DNA of 63,773 nucleotides, filler included. It is 6 parts of 6 records of this genome, joined end to end, with 100 filler letters (N's around TTAATTAATTAA, not from the genome) between each part and the next. Parts side by side here need not be neighbours in the genome. Positions count along the whole stretch, not along the records: positions 15,866 to 28,517 come from DRR378314_2588; 5 more parts are not named here. The stretch is one strand, 5' to 3'. The notes beneath the pieces were generated by a model, which ran no database searches, had not been told where the DNA came from, and saw only the letters and a program-made list of their open reading frames with translations. Shown here piece by piece: positions 17,685-27,053 of this stretch. Position 1 is the first letter of the stretch, and each line of letters begins with the position of its first letter. The position numbers and the translations under genes are program-made.

Positions 17685-19223
17685 ATGGCCAGATCAGGAC
17701 GACGAGGCGGGCGCAGCGGCATGTCTGCACGTGCGGGAAACAAGATCGAACAGCTCCCCTGGAGCCAGACTCACCTGCCCTACACACCGCTGAAGGTGGT
17801 CACCGAAGAGCAGCTGGAGCAGATCCACCGCACCTCAATGCGGGTACTGTCGGAGGCCGGCATCCGGGTGATGAGCGAGACAGTGATGGATCTGTTTGAA
17901 CGTGCGGGCGCCATCGTGGATCGGGACGAGATGATCATCCGCATCGACGAGAGTATCGTCGACAAGGCGCTGGAAACCGTGCCGCAGAGTTTTGACATGG
18001 TGGCGCGCAATCCCAAAAAGCGCATCACCATGGGGGGCAGCGCGATGAACTTCGGCCTGGTGGCGGGCCCGCCCAACACCCACGACATGATCAACGGCAG
18101 ACGTCCCGGCAACCACGAGGATTACTGCAATTTCATCCGTCTGGCGCATCACTTCAACGCGGTCAACATCATCGGAAATCAGGTGGTGGCCCCGATGGAA
18201 CTGCCCGCCAACACCCGCCACCTGGACACCTATCTGGCCAATCTCACCCTCTCGGATCTGACATTTCACTGCACCGCCATTGGGCGCGGGCGGGCCTTGG
18301 ACGGCATCAACATGATGGCGATCAGCCGCGGCATCTCCGTCGAGGAGATGCGCGAGGTGCCCGGCGTGGTGACGGTGATCTCGGTGAACTCGCCACGGCT
18401 GCTGGACGAGGCGATGACCGACGGGCTGATGGCAATGGCCGAACATGGCCAGCCGGTCAGCATCACGCCCTTCACCCTGATGGGGGCGATGACGCCGGTG
18501 ACCCTGCCCGCCGCAATGGCGCAACAGAATGCCGAGGCGCTGTTTGGCGTGGTGCTGACGCAGCTGGTGAACCCGGGCACGCCGGTGCTTTATGGGGCGT
18601 TCACGTCGAACGTGGACATGCGCTCCGGCGCGCCGGCCTTTGGCACGCCGGAAAACACCAAGGCCAATATCATCGCCGGTCAGCTGGCGCGGCGCTACCG
18701 GGTGCCCTACCGGACCTCGAACGCCAATGCCTCCAATTGCGTCGACCTTCAGGCCGCCTATGAGACGATGATGTCCACCTGGGGGGCCACCATGGGCGGG
18801 GCCAACCTGATCTACCACGCGGCGGGCTGGCTCGAAGGGGGGCTGACCGCCTCGATGGAGAAATTCATCCTCGATGTGGAGATCATCCAGAACATGAAGG
18901 AATTCATGAAGCCGATCAGCTTCAGCGAGGATGAGCTTGGGCTGGAGGCGATCAAATCGGTGCCCACCGGCGGCCATTTCTTTGGCGCGGCGCATACGAT
19001 GGAGCGCTACGAGACCGCCTTTTACCGCCCGTTGCTGTCGGATTGGACCAACTACGAGAGCTGGGAAGCCGCCGGTGCCAAGGACGCGCTGACCCGCGCA
19101 ACCGAGCTGTGGCAGCAGGCCCTGCGCGAATACGAGGAACCCGCGCTGGACCCGGGCGTGGCCGAAGCGCTCGACGCCTATGTGATCCGCCGCCGCGAGG
19201 AGATCGGCGCGGGGGAGCCCTGA
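17685..19223 (+). CDS. Trimethylamine methyltransferase (MttB) superfamily protein, non-pyrrolysine
   Basis: EQIHRTSMRVLSEAGI, NSPRLLD, GAMTPVT, DMRSGAPAFGTPE, HAAGWLEGGL, GGHFFG motifs; no internal amber codon. Confidence 0.92.
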   Translation: MARSGRRGGRSGMSARAGNKIEQLPWSQTHLPYTPLKVVTEEQLEQIHRTSMRVLSEAGIRVMSETVMDLFERAGAIVDRDEMIIRIDESIVDKALETVPQSFDMVARNPKKRITMGGSAMNFGLVAGPPNTHDMINGRRPGNHEDYCNFIRLAHHFNAVNIIGNQVVAPMELPANTRHLDTYLANLTLSDLTFHCTAIGRGRALDGINMMAISRGISVEEMREVPGVVTVISVNSPRLLDEAMTDGLMAMAEHGQPVSITPFTLMGAMTPVTLPAAMAQQNAEALFGVVLTQLVNPGTPVLYGAFTSNVDMRSGAPAFGTPENTKANIIAGQLARRYRVPYRTSNANASNCVDLQAAYETMMSTWGATMGGANLIYHAAGWLEGGLTASMEKFILDVEIIQNMKEFMKPISFSEDELGLEAIKSVPTGGHFFGAAHTMERYETAFYRPLLSDWTNYESWEAAGAKDALTRATELWQQALREYEEPALDPGVAEALDAYVIRRREEIGAGEP

Positions 19224-19284
19224 GCCTCCCCAGGCCCCCTGACCGCCCCCCCGTGACCGGAGCCCACTGACCGGAGATTGACCG

Positions 19285-20316
19285 ATGTTGCAGGACAAAC
19301 CGCTGCACATGTCTGAGGAAGAGACCGCCGCCCCCGCGGCGCCTGCCCCGGCAGGCATGGTCAGCGCGCCTTTGCAGCGCTTTGTGCTGATGCTGCTGCC
19401 CGGGCATTCGCTGCTGTCGGTCAGTGGCCTTCTGGACACGCTGGCACTGGCCAACCGGCTCTGCCGTGCGCAGCCCCTGAGCAGTCTCTGCATCACGCTG
19501 GACGGGGCGCCGGTGACTTCATCCTCAGGCCTTGCCCTACCGGTTGCGGGCAGCCTCCGGGATCTGCGACGCGGCGATCTGCTGCTGCTCTGCGGCACGC
19601 CCGACATTCCGCGCGCCACACTGGATGCGGTCACGCGCGGCTTGCGCAGCGCCATGCGCCACGGGGTGCGCTGCGGCGGGCTGGATCGCGGCGCGGAGGT
19701 GCTGGCGATGGCCGGCCTGTTGAATGGCAAGACCGCCACAACCCATTGGCGCCACCAGAGCAGCTTTGCCGAGCGCTATCCGCAGGTGGTGCTGGCACGC
19801 TCCGCCTTTGTCTATGAGCACGACAGTTTTTCCTGCGCGGCGGGCACCGCCGCGATCGATCTGGCGCTGTGTTTCATCCGCAGCCTGCTGGGAGGCGAGC
19901 TGGCCGACCAGGTGGCGGATGAGCTGAGTTATACCCAGCAGCACCGGCTGCAGGCGCTGACCTCCGACATCTCGCCCCATTTTGCCCATGTGACCCACCC
20001 GCGTCTGCGCCGGATCATCCGGGCGATGGATGACAATGTCGAATACCCGCTGCCGATGCAGAGTTTTTCCGAACTGGTCGGCATCTCGCAACGGCAGGTG
20101 GAACGGCTGTTCCTGCGCTATGTGGGCCTACCGCCCAAGCGATTCTACGACGAGCTGCGCCTGGACCGGGCCCGCAACCTGCTGCTGCAGAGCGAGATGC
20201 CGATCACCGAAGTGGCCATGGCCACGGGGTTTTCCTCGCCGAGCCATTTCTCCAAGAAGTTCCGCCTGCGCTTCGGGCAGTCCCCGTTCGAAATCCGCTC
20301 CGGTCGCATTGGGTAA
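19285..20316 (+). CDS. GlxA family AraC-type regulator (DJ-1-like sensor + HTH)
   Basis: LANRL, AGLLNGKTATTHW, RQVERLF, ARNLL...TEVAMATGFSSPSHFSK. Confidence 0.9.
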   Translation: MLQDKPLHMSEEETAAPAAPAPAGMVSAPLQRFVLMLLPGHSLLSVSGLLDTLALANRLCRAQPLSSLCITLDGAPVTSSSGLALPVAGSLRDLRRGDLLLLCGTPDIPRATLDAVTRGLRSAMRHGVRCGGLDRGAEVLAMAGLLNGKTATTHWRHQSSFAERYPQVVLARSAFVYEHDSFSCAAGTAAIDLALCFIRSLLGGELADQVADELSYTQQHRLQALTSDISPHFAHVTHPRLRRIIRAMDDNVEYPLPMQSFSELVGISQRQVERLFLRYVGLPPKRFYDELRLDRARNLLLQSEMPITEVAMATGFSSPSHFSKKFRLRFGQSPFEIRSGRIG

Positions 20317-20323
20317 CGGAGGA

Positions 20324-20719
20324 TTAGCGGAAGCGGCCGCCCTGCTCGATCACTTCGATCTGATAGCCATCCGGGTCGGCGACAAAGAAGAACCGCGCCA
20401 CGCGTTCACCACCGGGACGGAAATCGACGATGTCGCGCGGTGCCCCACCTGCGGCTTCGACCCGGGCGCGGGCCGCTTCCAGATCCGCAACCACCAATGC
20501 GATATGGCCATAGCCATCACCCAGATCGTAAGGCTCTGTGCGGGATTTGTTGACGGTCAATTCCAGCTCGAAGGCACCTTCGGGAGCGGACATGTAGATC
20601 AGCGTGAAATCGTCAAAATCGAGCCGATCCGCGATCTCCATCGCAAAGGCGGCCTTGTAGAAGGCAACGGACGTCTCCTCGTTCAGAACGCGGATCATGC
20701 TGTGGGCAAATTTGGTCAT
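20324..20719 (-). CDS. VOC family protein / lactoylglutathione lyase-like
   Basis: HSMIRV, ELELTVN, YDLGDGYGHIA, DPDGYQIEVIE. Confidence 0.88.
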   Translation of the reverse strand: MTKFAHSMIRVLNEETSVAFYKAAFAMEIADRLDFDDFTLIYMSAPEGAFELELTVNKSRTEPYDLGDGYGHIALVVADLEAARARVEAAGGAPRDIVDFRPGGERVARFFFVADPDGYQIEVIEQGGRFR

Positions 20720-20790
20720 GGGACCCTCATTGTCTTGGCTTATACTCAGCAATGGGTCTGACCGCAGCGGCAGGGCAAAGGCAACCCCGA

Positions 20791-21429
20791 TCATTCATTT
20801 TGCGTCAAGACGAGATCCGCCGCGCGGCTTTCGTCCCGAACGCATTGGCCGTTCGGGAGGTCATTGTCCTCGAGCTTCTGGCGGATCTGGCCATCTGTCA
20901 GACCATGGCCGATCCAGCGTGCCCGTAGACGCTCCGCCAGAACAGCTTCTGGGACGTCGACCATCACGGTCAGGTCGAACCGATGGGCGAGATCCGCCCA
21001 GGGTGCGCGATCAAGCAGGAGGTAATTCCCTTCACAGAGGATCAGCCGCGCCTCCGGACTGATCATCCGGGCCGCCCCCCGCGAGATTTCCAGTTCTCGG
21101 TCAAAGACCGGCACGGCCACAGTGTTCTTCGCCAGCAGCAGCCGATCCAGAACCGAGACCAACCCACCCACATCAAAGGTGTCCGGCGCTCCCTTCCAGG
21201 GACGGCGGCCCATGTCATACAGCACCGCATCATCAAAATGGAACCCGTCCATCGGCAGGACCGCACCCTGCCCCGGATGGCCGGCTTCAAGCGCGGCCAG
21301 CAAGCGCTCGACCGTTGTGCTTTTGCCGGATCCCGGTGCGCCGGCGATCGCCAAGATATGCCGACCGGGCTTGCTCAGAAGGCTGCGGGCCGCGCTGAGC
21401 AGACCCGCCATATCCACCGTCCGCGACAT
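20791..21429 (-). CDS. P-loop kinase, FrcK/YggC-like
   Basis: GAPGSGKST, PMDGFH, KGAPDTFD, EGNYLLL; last large gene of the sugar operon. Confidence 0.85.
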   Translation of the reverse strand: MSRTVDMAGLLSAARSLLSKPGRHILAIAGAPGSGKSTTVERLLAALEAGHPGQGAVLPMDGFHFDDAVLYDMGRRPWKGAPDTFDVGGLVSVLDRLLLAKNTVAVPVFDRELEISRGAARMISPEARLILCEGNYLLLDRAPWADLAHRFDLTVMVDVPEAVLAERLRARWIGHGLTDGQIRQKLEDNDLPNGQCVRDESRAADLVLTQNE

Positions 21430-22277
21430 CAGATCAGATGATACTGTGCGGCTTTATTGCGCAGGAAGGGCAGCCCCTTGGACATGACCTCATCGTGGTC
21501 CTTTGCCACCGGACGCCAAACTGCAAGGCCGAACCCAACCTCGGGCGGCATGTTGATGAAACTCTCCATCGCCAACCCTCCGCTGAAATTGATTGCCTTC
21601 AGAGTGGCGAAGATCTCATCCCAGTCACAACAGCCTTCGCCCGGGGTACCGCGATCACTCTCGCTCAGGTGGATGTACTTCAGATAGTCCCGCGCATCGA
21701 GAATGCCGTTGGCTGCGCCTTTCTCCTCGATGTTCATGTGATAGGTGTCGAGATGCACAAAGATGTTGTCCGAGCCCACCCGCTCGATCATGTCGCGGGC
21801 CTGCCAGCCGGTGTTGATCAGGTGGTTCTCATATCGGTTGACCGGTTCGATCCCGAAGAGAAGCCCCACCGACTTGGCGTATTTCGATGCGGCCTCGAGC
21901 ACCGTGGCGACGTTGTCATATTCCGCCTGCGTGGGCCAGGTGCCGGTACGCTGGCCAATGCCGCCGAATGTCACGCCAGAGAGCGCCTCGGCACCGCAAG
22001 CCTTGGTTTTGTCGATCGACAGTTTCAGATAGTCGATCGCGCCCTCGGGGTTGACCGACGCCCAGTATTGTTCCGGCAGACCCAGAGAGCACACCGCGCT
22101 CAAATCATTCTTTTCCAGAAGTTCCGCAGTATGGGCGGTATCGATGTCCGAGGGTCGCAACATCGGGATCTCGATGAAATCGACACCATAGCTAACCGCC
22201 CCTGCCACCGCATGTTCGGCGCCTTTGCGATCCCAGTTCATCGTCCACATGCTGGTGTGTACGCCAAAGCCTTCCAT
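21429..22277 (-). CDS. Ketose 3-epimerase (D-tagatose/D-psicose 3-epimerase family)
   Basis: E-D-H-E catalytic/metal set: EPVNRYE, LDTYHMNIEE, HLSESDRGTPG, MESF; C-terminal AVWRP. Confidence 0.85.
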   Translation of the reverse strand: MEGFGVHTSMWTMNWDRKGAEHAVAGAVSYGVDFIEIPMLRPSDIDTAHTAELLEKNDLSAVCSLGLPEQYWASVNPEGAIDYLKLSIDKTKACGAEALSGVTFGGIGQRTGTWPTQAEYDNVATVLEAASKYAKSVGLLFGIEPVNRYENHLINTGWQARDMIERVGSDNIFVHLDTYHMNIEEKGAANGILDARDYLKYIHLSESDRGTPGEGCCDWDEIFATLKAINFSGGLAMESFINMPPEVGFGLAVWRPVAKDHDEVMSKGLPFLRNKAAQYHLI

Positions 22278-23296
22278 TACGTATCCTTTCCGGAAATCAG
22301 TCCGATGAGTTGCCTGAGCCTGTCGGATCGCAGAACCATGACGGCGATCAGAAACAGGCCCCAGACGGCAGTTGAGAGATGTTGATTTGCGCCGATCAAG
22401 TTCAGTCCGGAGGACAGGACCTGTAGAATGACCAGCGCCAGAATGACGGGGGCCACACGGCCATGCCCACCAAAGGGATCAATGCCGCCGAGGAAACAGG
22501 CCAGCACGGTAATCAGCAGCATCGCCTCGCCATGGCCGACCCGGACCGAGTTGAAGCGCGCAGCCATCAAGATCCCGGCAATCGCACAGAGCACTCCGGA
22601 CAGCGTGTAGATCAGGACCAGCGTCCGTTTTGCGTTCAGCCCGGCGTATTCGGCTGCTTTCAGGTTCGACCCGGTCATATAGACCGAGAACCCGTGTGGG
22701 GAGCGGCGCAGCAGGACGTGCCAGCCCAACGCAATCACCCCAAACAAGATAAGCGGCACCGGAATACCGACCAGACTGCCGTGCCCCAATACGCGCATGT
22801 AGTCGGGAAAGCCCGAGATGTCCCCGCCACGGGTCAGGAATTCTCCCAATCCCCGCAGAAAGATCATCATCGCCAGCGACACCAGGATCGGATGCGCTCC
22901 GACATAAGCAATCACTGCACCCATTGCCGCTCCGGCGGTCGCACCAACGACAAGCGCCAATGCACAGCCCAGAATGAAGACGGGCAGACCTGCTTCGGCG
23001 CCGCCGAATTGCATCATTGTCCAGGCCAGCGCCAAACCGGAAATATTGGCCGTGTAGATAATGGCCAGATTGAGCCCGCCCGACAGGATCGGCGCCAGCA
23101 TGGCCAGTGTCAGAAGCCCCAGAAGCGGCATCTGGAATCCCATGGACCCGAGATTTGCGCCGGTCAGGAACCGAGGCGACGCCACAGCGAACCCCAGTAC
23201 GAGCAGCCCGAGCAAGATCAGAAGTCCGAGGTTCTCTCCGCCTGCAGCGTGTTTCATGTCGTCTTTCAGACGAGCCATGCGAGTGGTCAATGTCAT
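22277..23296 (-). CDS. Monosaccharide ABC transporter permease
   Basis: Hydrophobic protein; SGGLNL, GSNLKAAEYAG, FLGG motifs; start overlaps the upstream stop. Confidence 0.9.
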   Translation of the reverse strand: MTLTTRMARLKDDMKHAAGGENLGLLILLGLLVLGFAVASPRFLTGANLGSMGFQMPLLGLLTLAMLAPILSGGLNLAIIYTANISGLALAWTMMQFGGAEAGLPVFILGCALALVVGATAGAAMGAVIAYVGAHPILVSLAMMIFLRGLGEFLTRGGDISGFPDYMRVLGHGSLVGIPVPLILFGVIALGWHVLLRRSPHGFSVYMTGSNLKAAEYAGLNAKRTLVLIYTLSGVLCAIAGILMAARFNSVRVGHGEAMLLITVLACFLGGIDPFGGHGRVAPVILALVILQVLSSGLNLIGANQHLSTAVWGLFLIAVMVLRSDRLRQLIGLISGKDT

Positions 23297-24288
23297 CACG
23301 AGCGCATCTCCTTCTTGCGGATCAGCTGGCTGAGGTCGATGTTCGAGGTGGAAATCGCCACGAGAATTGCCGCGCCGATGATCATCTGGAACGCGAAGGG
23401 CGACACACCAAGCAGGTTCAACCCATTCTGGGTGATCGCCACGAACATAACGCCGAGGATGCAACCCAGGATCGTGCCCTTGCCTCCGCCCAGACGTGCG
23501 CCCCCAAGAACCACCGCAGCGAGCACGTCCAATTCACGCCCGTAGAGCGCGTTTGGCACCACTTCCTTGACGATGTTCACCTGCATCAATCCAGCGATCC
23601 CGGCCATCAGGCCCATCCAGCCGAACGCCACGCCCTGCATCACCGCGATGTTGACACCGGCGCGACGTGCGCCTTCCGGGTTGTCGCCAAAGGCATAGAG
23701 CTGCCGCCCGATATTGGTGCGTTGAATCAGGATCCATGTGGCGGACACACAGGCGATCATCACCGCAACCGAGAGCGTCAACTCGGACCAGATGCCGTCT
23801 GCGTTCTCATGTTCAAATATGAAAATTCGCGCGGTCCACCAGTCCGGCAGATTGTAAATGTTGCGACCACCACTGAAGAACATCAGCAATCCGAAAAACG
23901 CGTTGAACGTGGCAATCGTCACCACGATCGAAATGATACGGAACCCGTGGATCAGCCAGGCGTTCAACAGGCCGAGCAAAATGCCCAAGGAGCCACAGAA
24001 CACAAAGCCCAGTACCCAGTTTCCACCCCCCATTCCAATCAGCAGCGTGGCCGCAAGATATTGCACGACCGATGAGGCCACCGCGAAGGAGATATCAATT
24101 CCCCCGGCGATCAACACAACAAGCAAGCCCACGGCCCAGATCAGATTGACCGCGCTGTTGTTCAGAAGCGACGTCGCATTGGGCAGGGTGGCAAATTGCG
24201 GAGCCGCAACGGACAGGACAACGCACAGCAGGCCCAGCACGACCGCGAGCCGCATCTCGATGGTGTAGTCACGCAGAATATCACGCAT
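23296..24288 (-). CDS. Monosaccharide ABC transporter permease
   Basis: AGGIDIS, GRQLYAFGDNPEGARRAG, ELDVLAAVVLGG. Confidence 0.92.
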   Translation of the reverse strand: MRDILRDYTIEMRLAVVLGLLCVVLSVAAPQFATLPNATSLLNNSAVNLIWAVGLLVVLIAGGIDISFAVASSVVQYLAATLLIGMGGGNWVLGFVFCGSLGILLGLLNAWLIHGFRIISIVVTIATFNAFFGLLMFFSGGRNIYNLPDWWTARIFIFEHENADGIWSELTLSVAVMIACVSATWILIQRTNIGRQLYAFGDNPEGARRAGVNIAVMQGVAFGWMGLMAGIAGLMQVNIVKEVVPNALYGRELDVLAAVVLGGARLGGGKGTILGCILGVMFVAITQNGLNLLGVSPFAFQMIIGAAILVAISTSNIDLSQLIRKKEMRS

Positions 24289-25786
24289 AGATCCGCTCCT
24301 CGAGTTGCGGCACCGTGATGGCACGTGGATCATAGTCCTGCAGGATCCGGCCATCAGCCATATGCAGGATACGATCAGAATGATGCATCACTTCGGTCAC
24401 CTCATCTGATATCAGCAGGATCGCGAGACCTTCTTCGGCCAGGGCACGCACAATGCGGAAAATCCCGGCACGGGCTCCCACATCAACACCTACCGTGGGA
24501 CTGTCGAGGATCAGAAGCCGGGGATCGGTGGCCAGCCATTTGGCGAGCACGATCTTCTGCTGGTTGCCGCCCGACAGCGTCGAAATAGCATCGTCAGCGG
24601 TTCCGATCTTCACGCCAAGCTCACGGATCCAGTGCTGCACCAGTTTTGCCTTGCGTGTGCTGGAGATAAGCCCTGTGGCCGTTGTCAGTTTGCGCAACAT
24701 CGAAATGACAGTGTTGTCTCCGATAGACTGCTTCTGAAGGAGCCCCAAAGACAGGCGATCTTCGGAGACATAGGCCACGCCTTTGGCAATGGCATCGCGG
24801 ATGGTGCCCGGACGATATGCAGCCCCTTCGAATGTCATCTGGCCCGCATCGGCGCGCCGCATTCCCATCATCACATGCGCCAGCTCCGTGCGCCCTGCTC
24901 CGATCAGACCCGTCAGCCCCAGCACTTCGCCCGCCCTGATTTGCAGCGATACATCTTTAAATTCACCAAACCGTGTCAGCCCCTTCGCCTCGAACACCAC
25001 CGGTGCCCCCGGCAAATCGCGCGCCGCCACCTGGTTTTCGATCAGTTGACCAGTCATCAGCTCTCCCAGCCGTGCCTGCGTCATCCCCTCAGTAGGGTAG
25101 ACGCCAACAAGGTTGCCATCGCGCACAACCGTTACCCGTTCGGCAATTTCCAACACCTCTGCCAGCCGGTGGCTGACAAAAACGATCGCCACACCATCGG
25201 CCGACAGTTTACGCACGATATCCAGCAGGCGGTCCGTTTCCGATTGGGTGAGGGAAGCGGTCGGCTCATCCATGAAGATCAACTTGGCATCGTTCATCAG
25301 CGCGCGTGCGATCGCCACCACTTGTCGCTGGGCGATCGGCAGATCATTCAAGGGCGCGGACAGGGGAAGGTTCACTCCCAGCCTGAGCAGCACCTCGCCT
25401 GCCCGTTCGATCATCTCGCCATAGCGTACCGACCGGGGCCGCAGGCCAACCAGATCGTCAAAGGCAATATTCTCGGCCACCGACATATGCGAAAACAGCG
25501 CCAGATCCTGCCAGATCACCGACACCCCCCTTTGTCGCGCCAGTACCGGATTGATCCGCTCAACGGCCTCTCCAAACAGTTCGATCAGCATCGCCTCCTC
25601 GGGCTGATGCACGCCCGCGACCACTTTGATCAGGGTGGATTTTCCGCAGCCATTCTCGCCCGCCAGACAATGGACCTCGCCAGCGCGCACTTCGAAATCG
25701 ACCTTGTTCAACGCCTGCACACCACCAAAGGCCTTTGAAACCTTGTGCAAGCGCAACGCAAATCTCTCTGCCGGAGCAGTCGTCAT
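24281..25786 (-). CDS. Monosaccharide ABC transporter ATP-binding protein (two NBDs)
   Basis: GENGCGKST, MDEPT, LSGGNQQK, PTVGVDVG. Confidence 0.95.
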   Translation of the reverse strand: MTTAPAERFALRLHKVSKAFGGVQALNKVDFEVRAGEVHCLAGENGCGKSTLIKVVAGVHQPEEAMLIELFGEAVERINPVLARQRGVSVIWQDLALFSHMSVAENIAFDDLVGLRPRSVRYGEMIERAGEVLLRLGVNLPLSAPLNDLPIAQRQVVAIARALMNDAKLIFMDEPTASLTQSETDRLLDIVRKLSADGVAIVFVSHRLAEVLEIAERVTVVRDGNLVGVYPTEGMTQARLGELMTGQLIENQVAARDLPGAPVVFEAKGLTRFGEFKDVSLQIRAGEVLGLTGLIGAGRTELAHVMMGMRRADAGQMTFEGAAYRPGTIRDAIAKGVAYVSEDRLSLGLLQKQSIGDNTVISMLRKLTTATGLISSTRKAKLVQHWIRELGVKIGTADDAISTLSGGNQQKIVLAKWLATDPRLLILDSPTVGVDVGARAGIFRIVRALAEEGLAILLISDEVTEVMHHSDRILHMADGRILQDYDPRAITVPQLEERIYA

Positions 25787-25847
25787 GTGTCACCTCTCGG
25801 GAATTGAGCCGGGTGGAGGGCGTTCCCCCCACCCGCAGGAGCGTGGT

Positions 25848-26831
25848 TTACAGACCTTTTTCGGCCAGACCATCGACGGTGGACGCGTTGATCTCCAACA
25901 GATTGTCGGTGATGATGTCGCGCGCTTCGACGTCAGGCTCGACAACACCAAGACCAGGAATATCGGTGCCGACCTCGATCGCCTCGCCGTTCACCAGCAT
26001 CTCGCCCAGTGTCACGAACACTTCGCCCGCCTGAGCCGGATTCCACATGTAGCCGCCTGTCAGGACGCCAGAGTGGATCATCTTGCGCCCCTGACCGGGT
26101 GAGAACGGTCCCATGACTTGGATGTCCCCGGTCTTGCGGCGTTCTTCAACAGCGCGCCCCGCCCCGATGGGCCCTTGACTGCCAAACGCGAGAAAACCCT
26201 TGAGATCCGGATTGGCTGCGATCAGATCAAGCGCGGTGGATCGGCTGTCGTCCACGTTTTCAGCCACACCGTAACGCTCGCCAACAAGCTCGATATCCGG
26301 ACGGTTTGCGCTCATCCACGCAATCGCCGCATCCGCCCAGGCATTATGCAGCGGCACGGTCAGAGATCCGACGTAAACCGCATATGTGCCCTCACCCGGA
26401 ACTTTCTCGGACAACAGCTTCGCATGGGCTTCTCCAAAGCCCTCGGCCGACGCGAGTTCGAAGTTCCAGTCGACATTCTCCAAACCCGGCCCTTCATGCG
26501 AGATCACGATGATGCCGGCGTCCCGTGCCTTTTTCAGCACCGGTTCCAATGCCGCTTCGTCATTGGGAACCACACCGATCACATCCACCCCTTTGGCGAT
26601 CAGGTCCTCGATGGCCTGGACCTGAAGCGCCGGATCTGCCGACACCGGTCCGATCATCTCGGCTTTGACACCCAGTTCATTTGCGCGGCGTTCAATGCCG
26701 TCTTCCATGGCATTGAACCACGGAATGCCACCGATCTTCACGACGATCCCCATCGACGTCTCTGCCGCAGCCGTTGTCGCGAATCCAACCGTCAGCGCCA
26801 GTGCGCTCACCAATCCTGTGATCTTTTTCAT
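25848..26831 (-). CDS. Periplasmic sugar-binding protein (LsrB/rhamnose-binding-like)
   Basis: Signal peptide MKKITGLVSALALTVGFATTAAA; VVKIGGIPWFNAM, QVQAIEDLIA. Confidence 0.9.
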   Translation of the reverse strand: MKKITGLVSALALTVGFATTAAAETSMGIVVKIGGIPWFNAMEDGIERRANELGVKAEMIGPVSADPALQVQAIEDLIAKGVDVIGVVPNDEAALEPVLKKARDAGIIVISHEGPGLENVDWNFELASAEGFGEAHAKLLSEKVPGEGTYAVYVGSLTVPLHNAWADAAIAWMSANRPDIELVGERYGVAENVDDSRSTALDLIAANPDLKGFLAFGSQGPIGAGRAVEERRKTGDIQVMGPFSPGQGRKMIHSGVLTGGYMWNPAQAGEVFVTLGEMLVNGEAIEVGTDIPGLGVVEPDVEARDIITDNLLEINASTVDGLAEKGL

Positions 26832-26876
26832 GTTTCCCTCCCATGCAACGGGGTCTGCCCGCGCTCTCCAGAAATA

Positions 26877-26894
26877 TGCACAACCGATTGCGCT
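26877..26894. promoter_or_regulatory. Putative LacI-family operator 1
   Basis: TGCACAACCGATTGCGCT, an imperfect palindrome with central CG. Confidence 0.55.
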
Positions 26895-26955
26895 ACTTTC
26901 GCTTTTAAAACCCCACGGCCCTTTCGGAACCAATTGGGGTGACGCGCCTCCTGGG

Positions 26956-26973
26956 TGCACAATCGATGTTGCA
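26956..26973. promoter_or_regulatory. Putative LacI-family operator 2
   Basis: TGCACAATCGATGTTGCA, a near-palindrome with central CG; same left half as operator 1. Confidence 0.6.
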
Positions 26974-27053
26974 AAAAAGAGCAACTTTCAGGCATTATGT
27001 CAACATAACTTTGAAAAACCTGAATGTCGCAAAAGGCCGGTTTGCTCAACTAC

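Noticed and set aside
17685-19223. Pyrrolysine recoding in the MttB homologue
   Set aside because: Uninterrupted ORF with no in-frame TAG, and no pyl genes seen.
17835-19739. 634-aa antisense ORF
   Set aside because: Mirror of mttB-like/GlxA caused by high-GC codon bias; no recognisable motifs.
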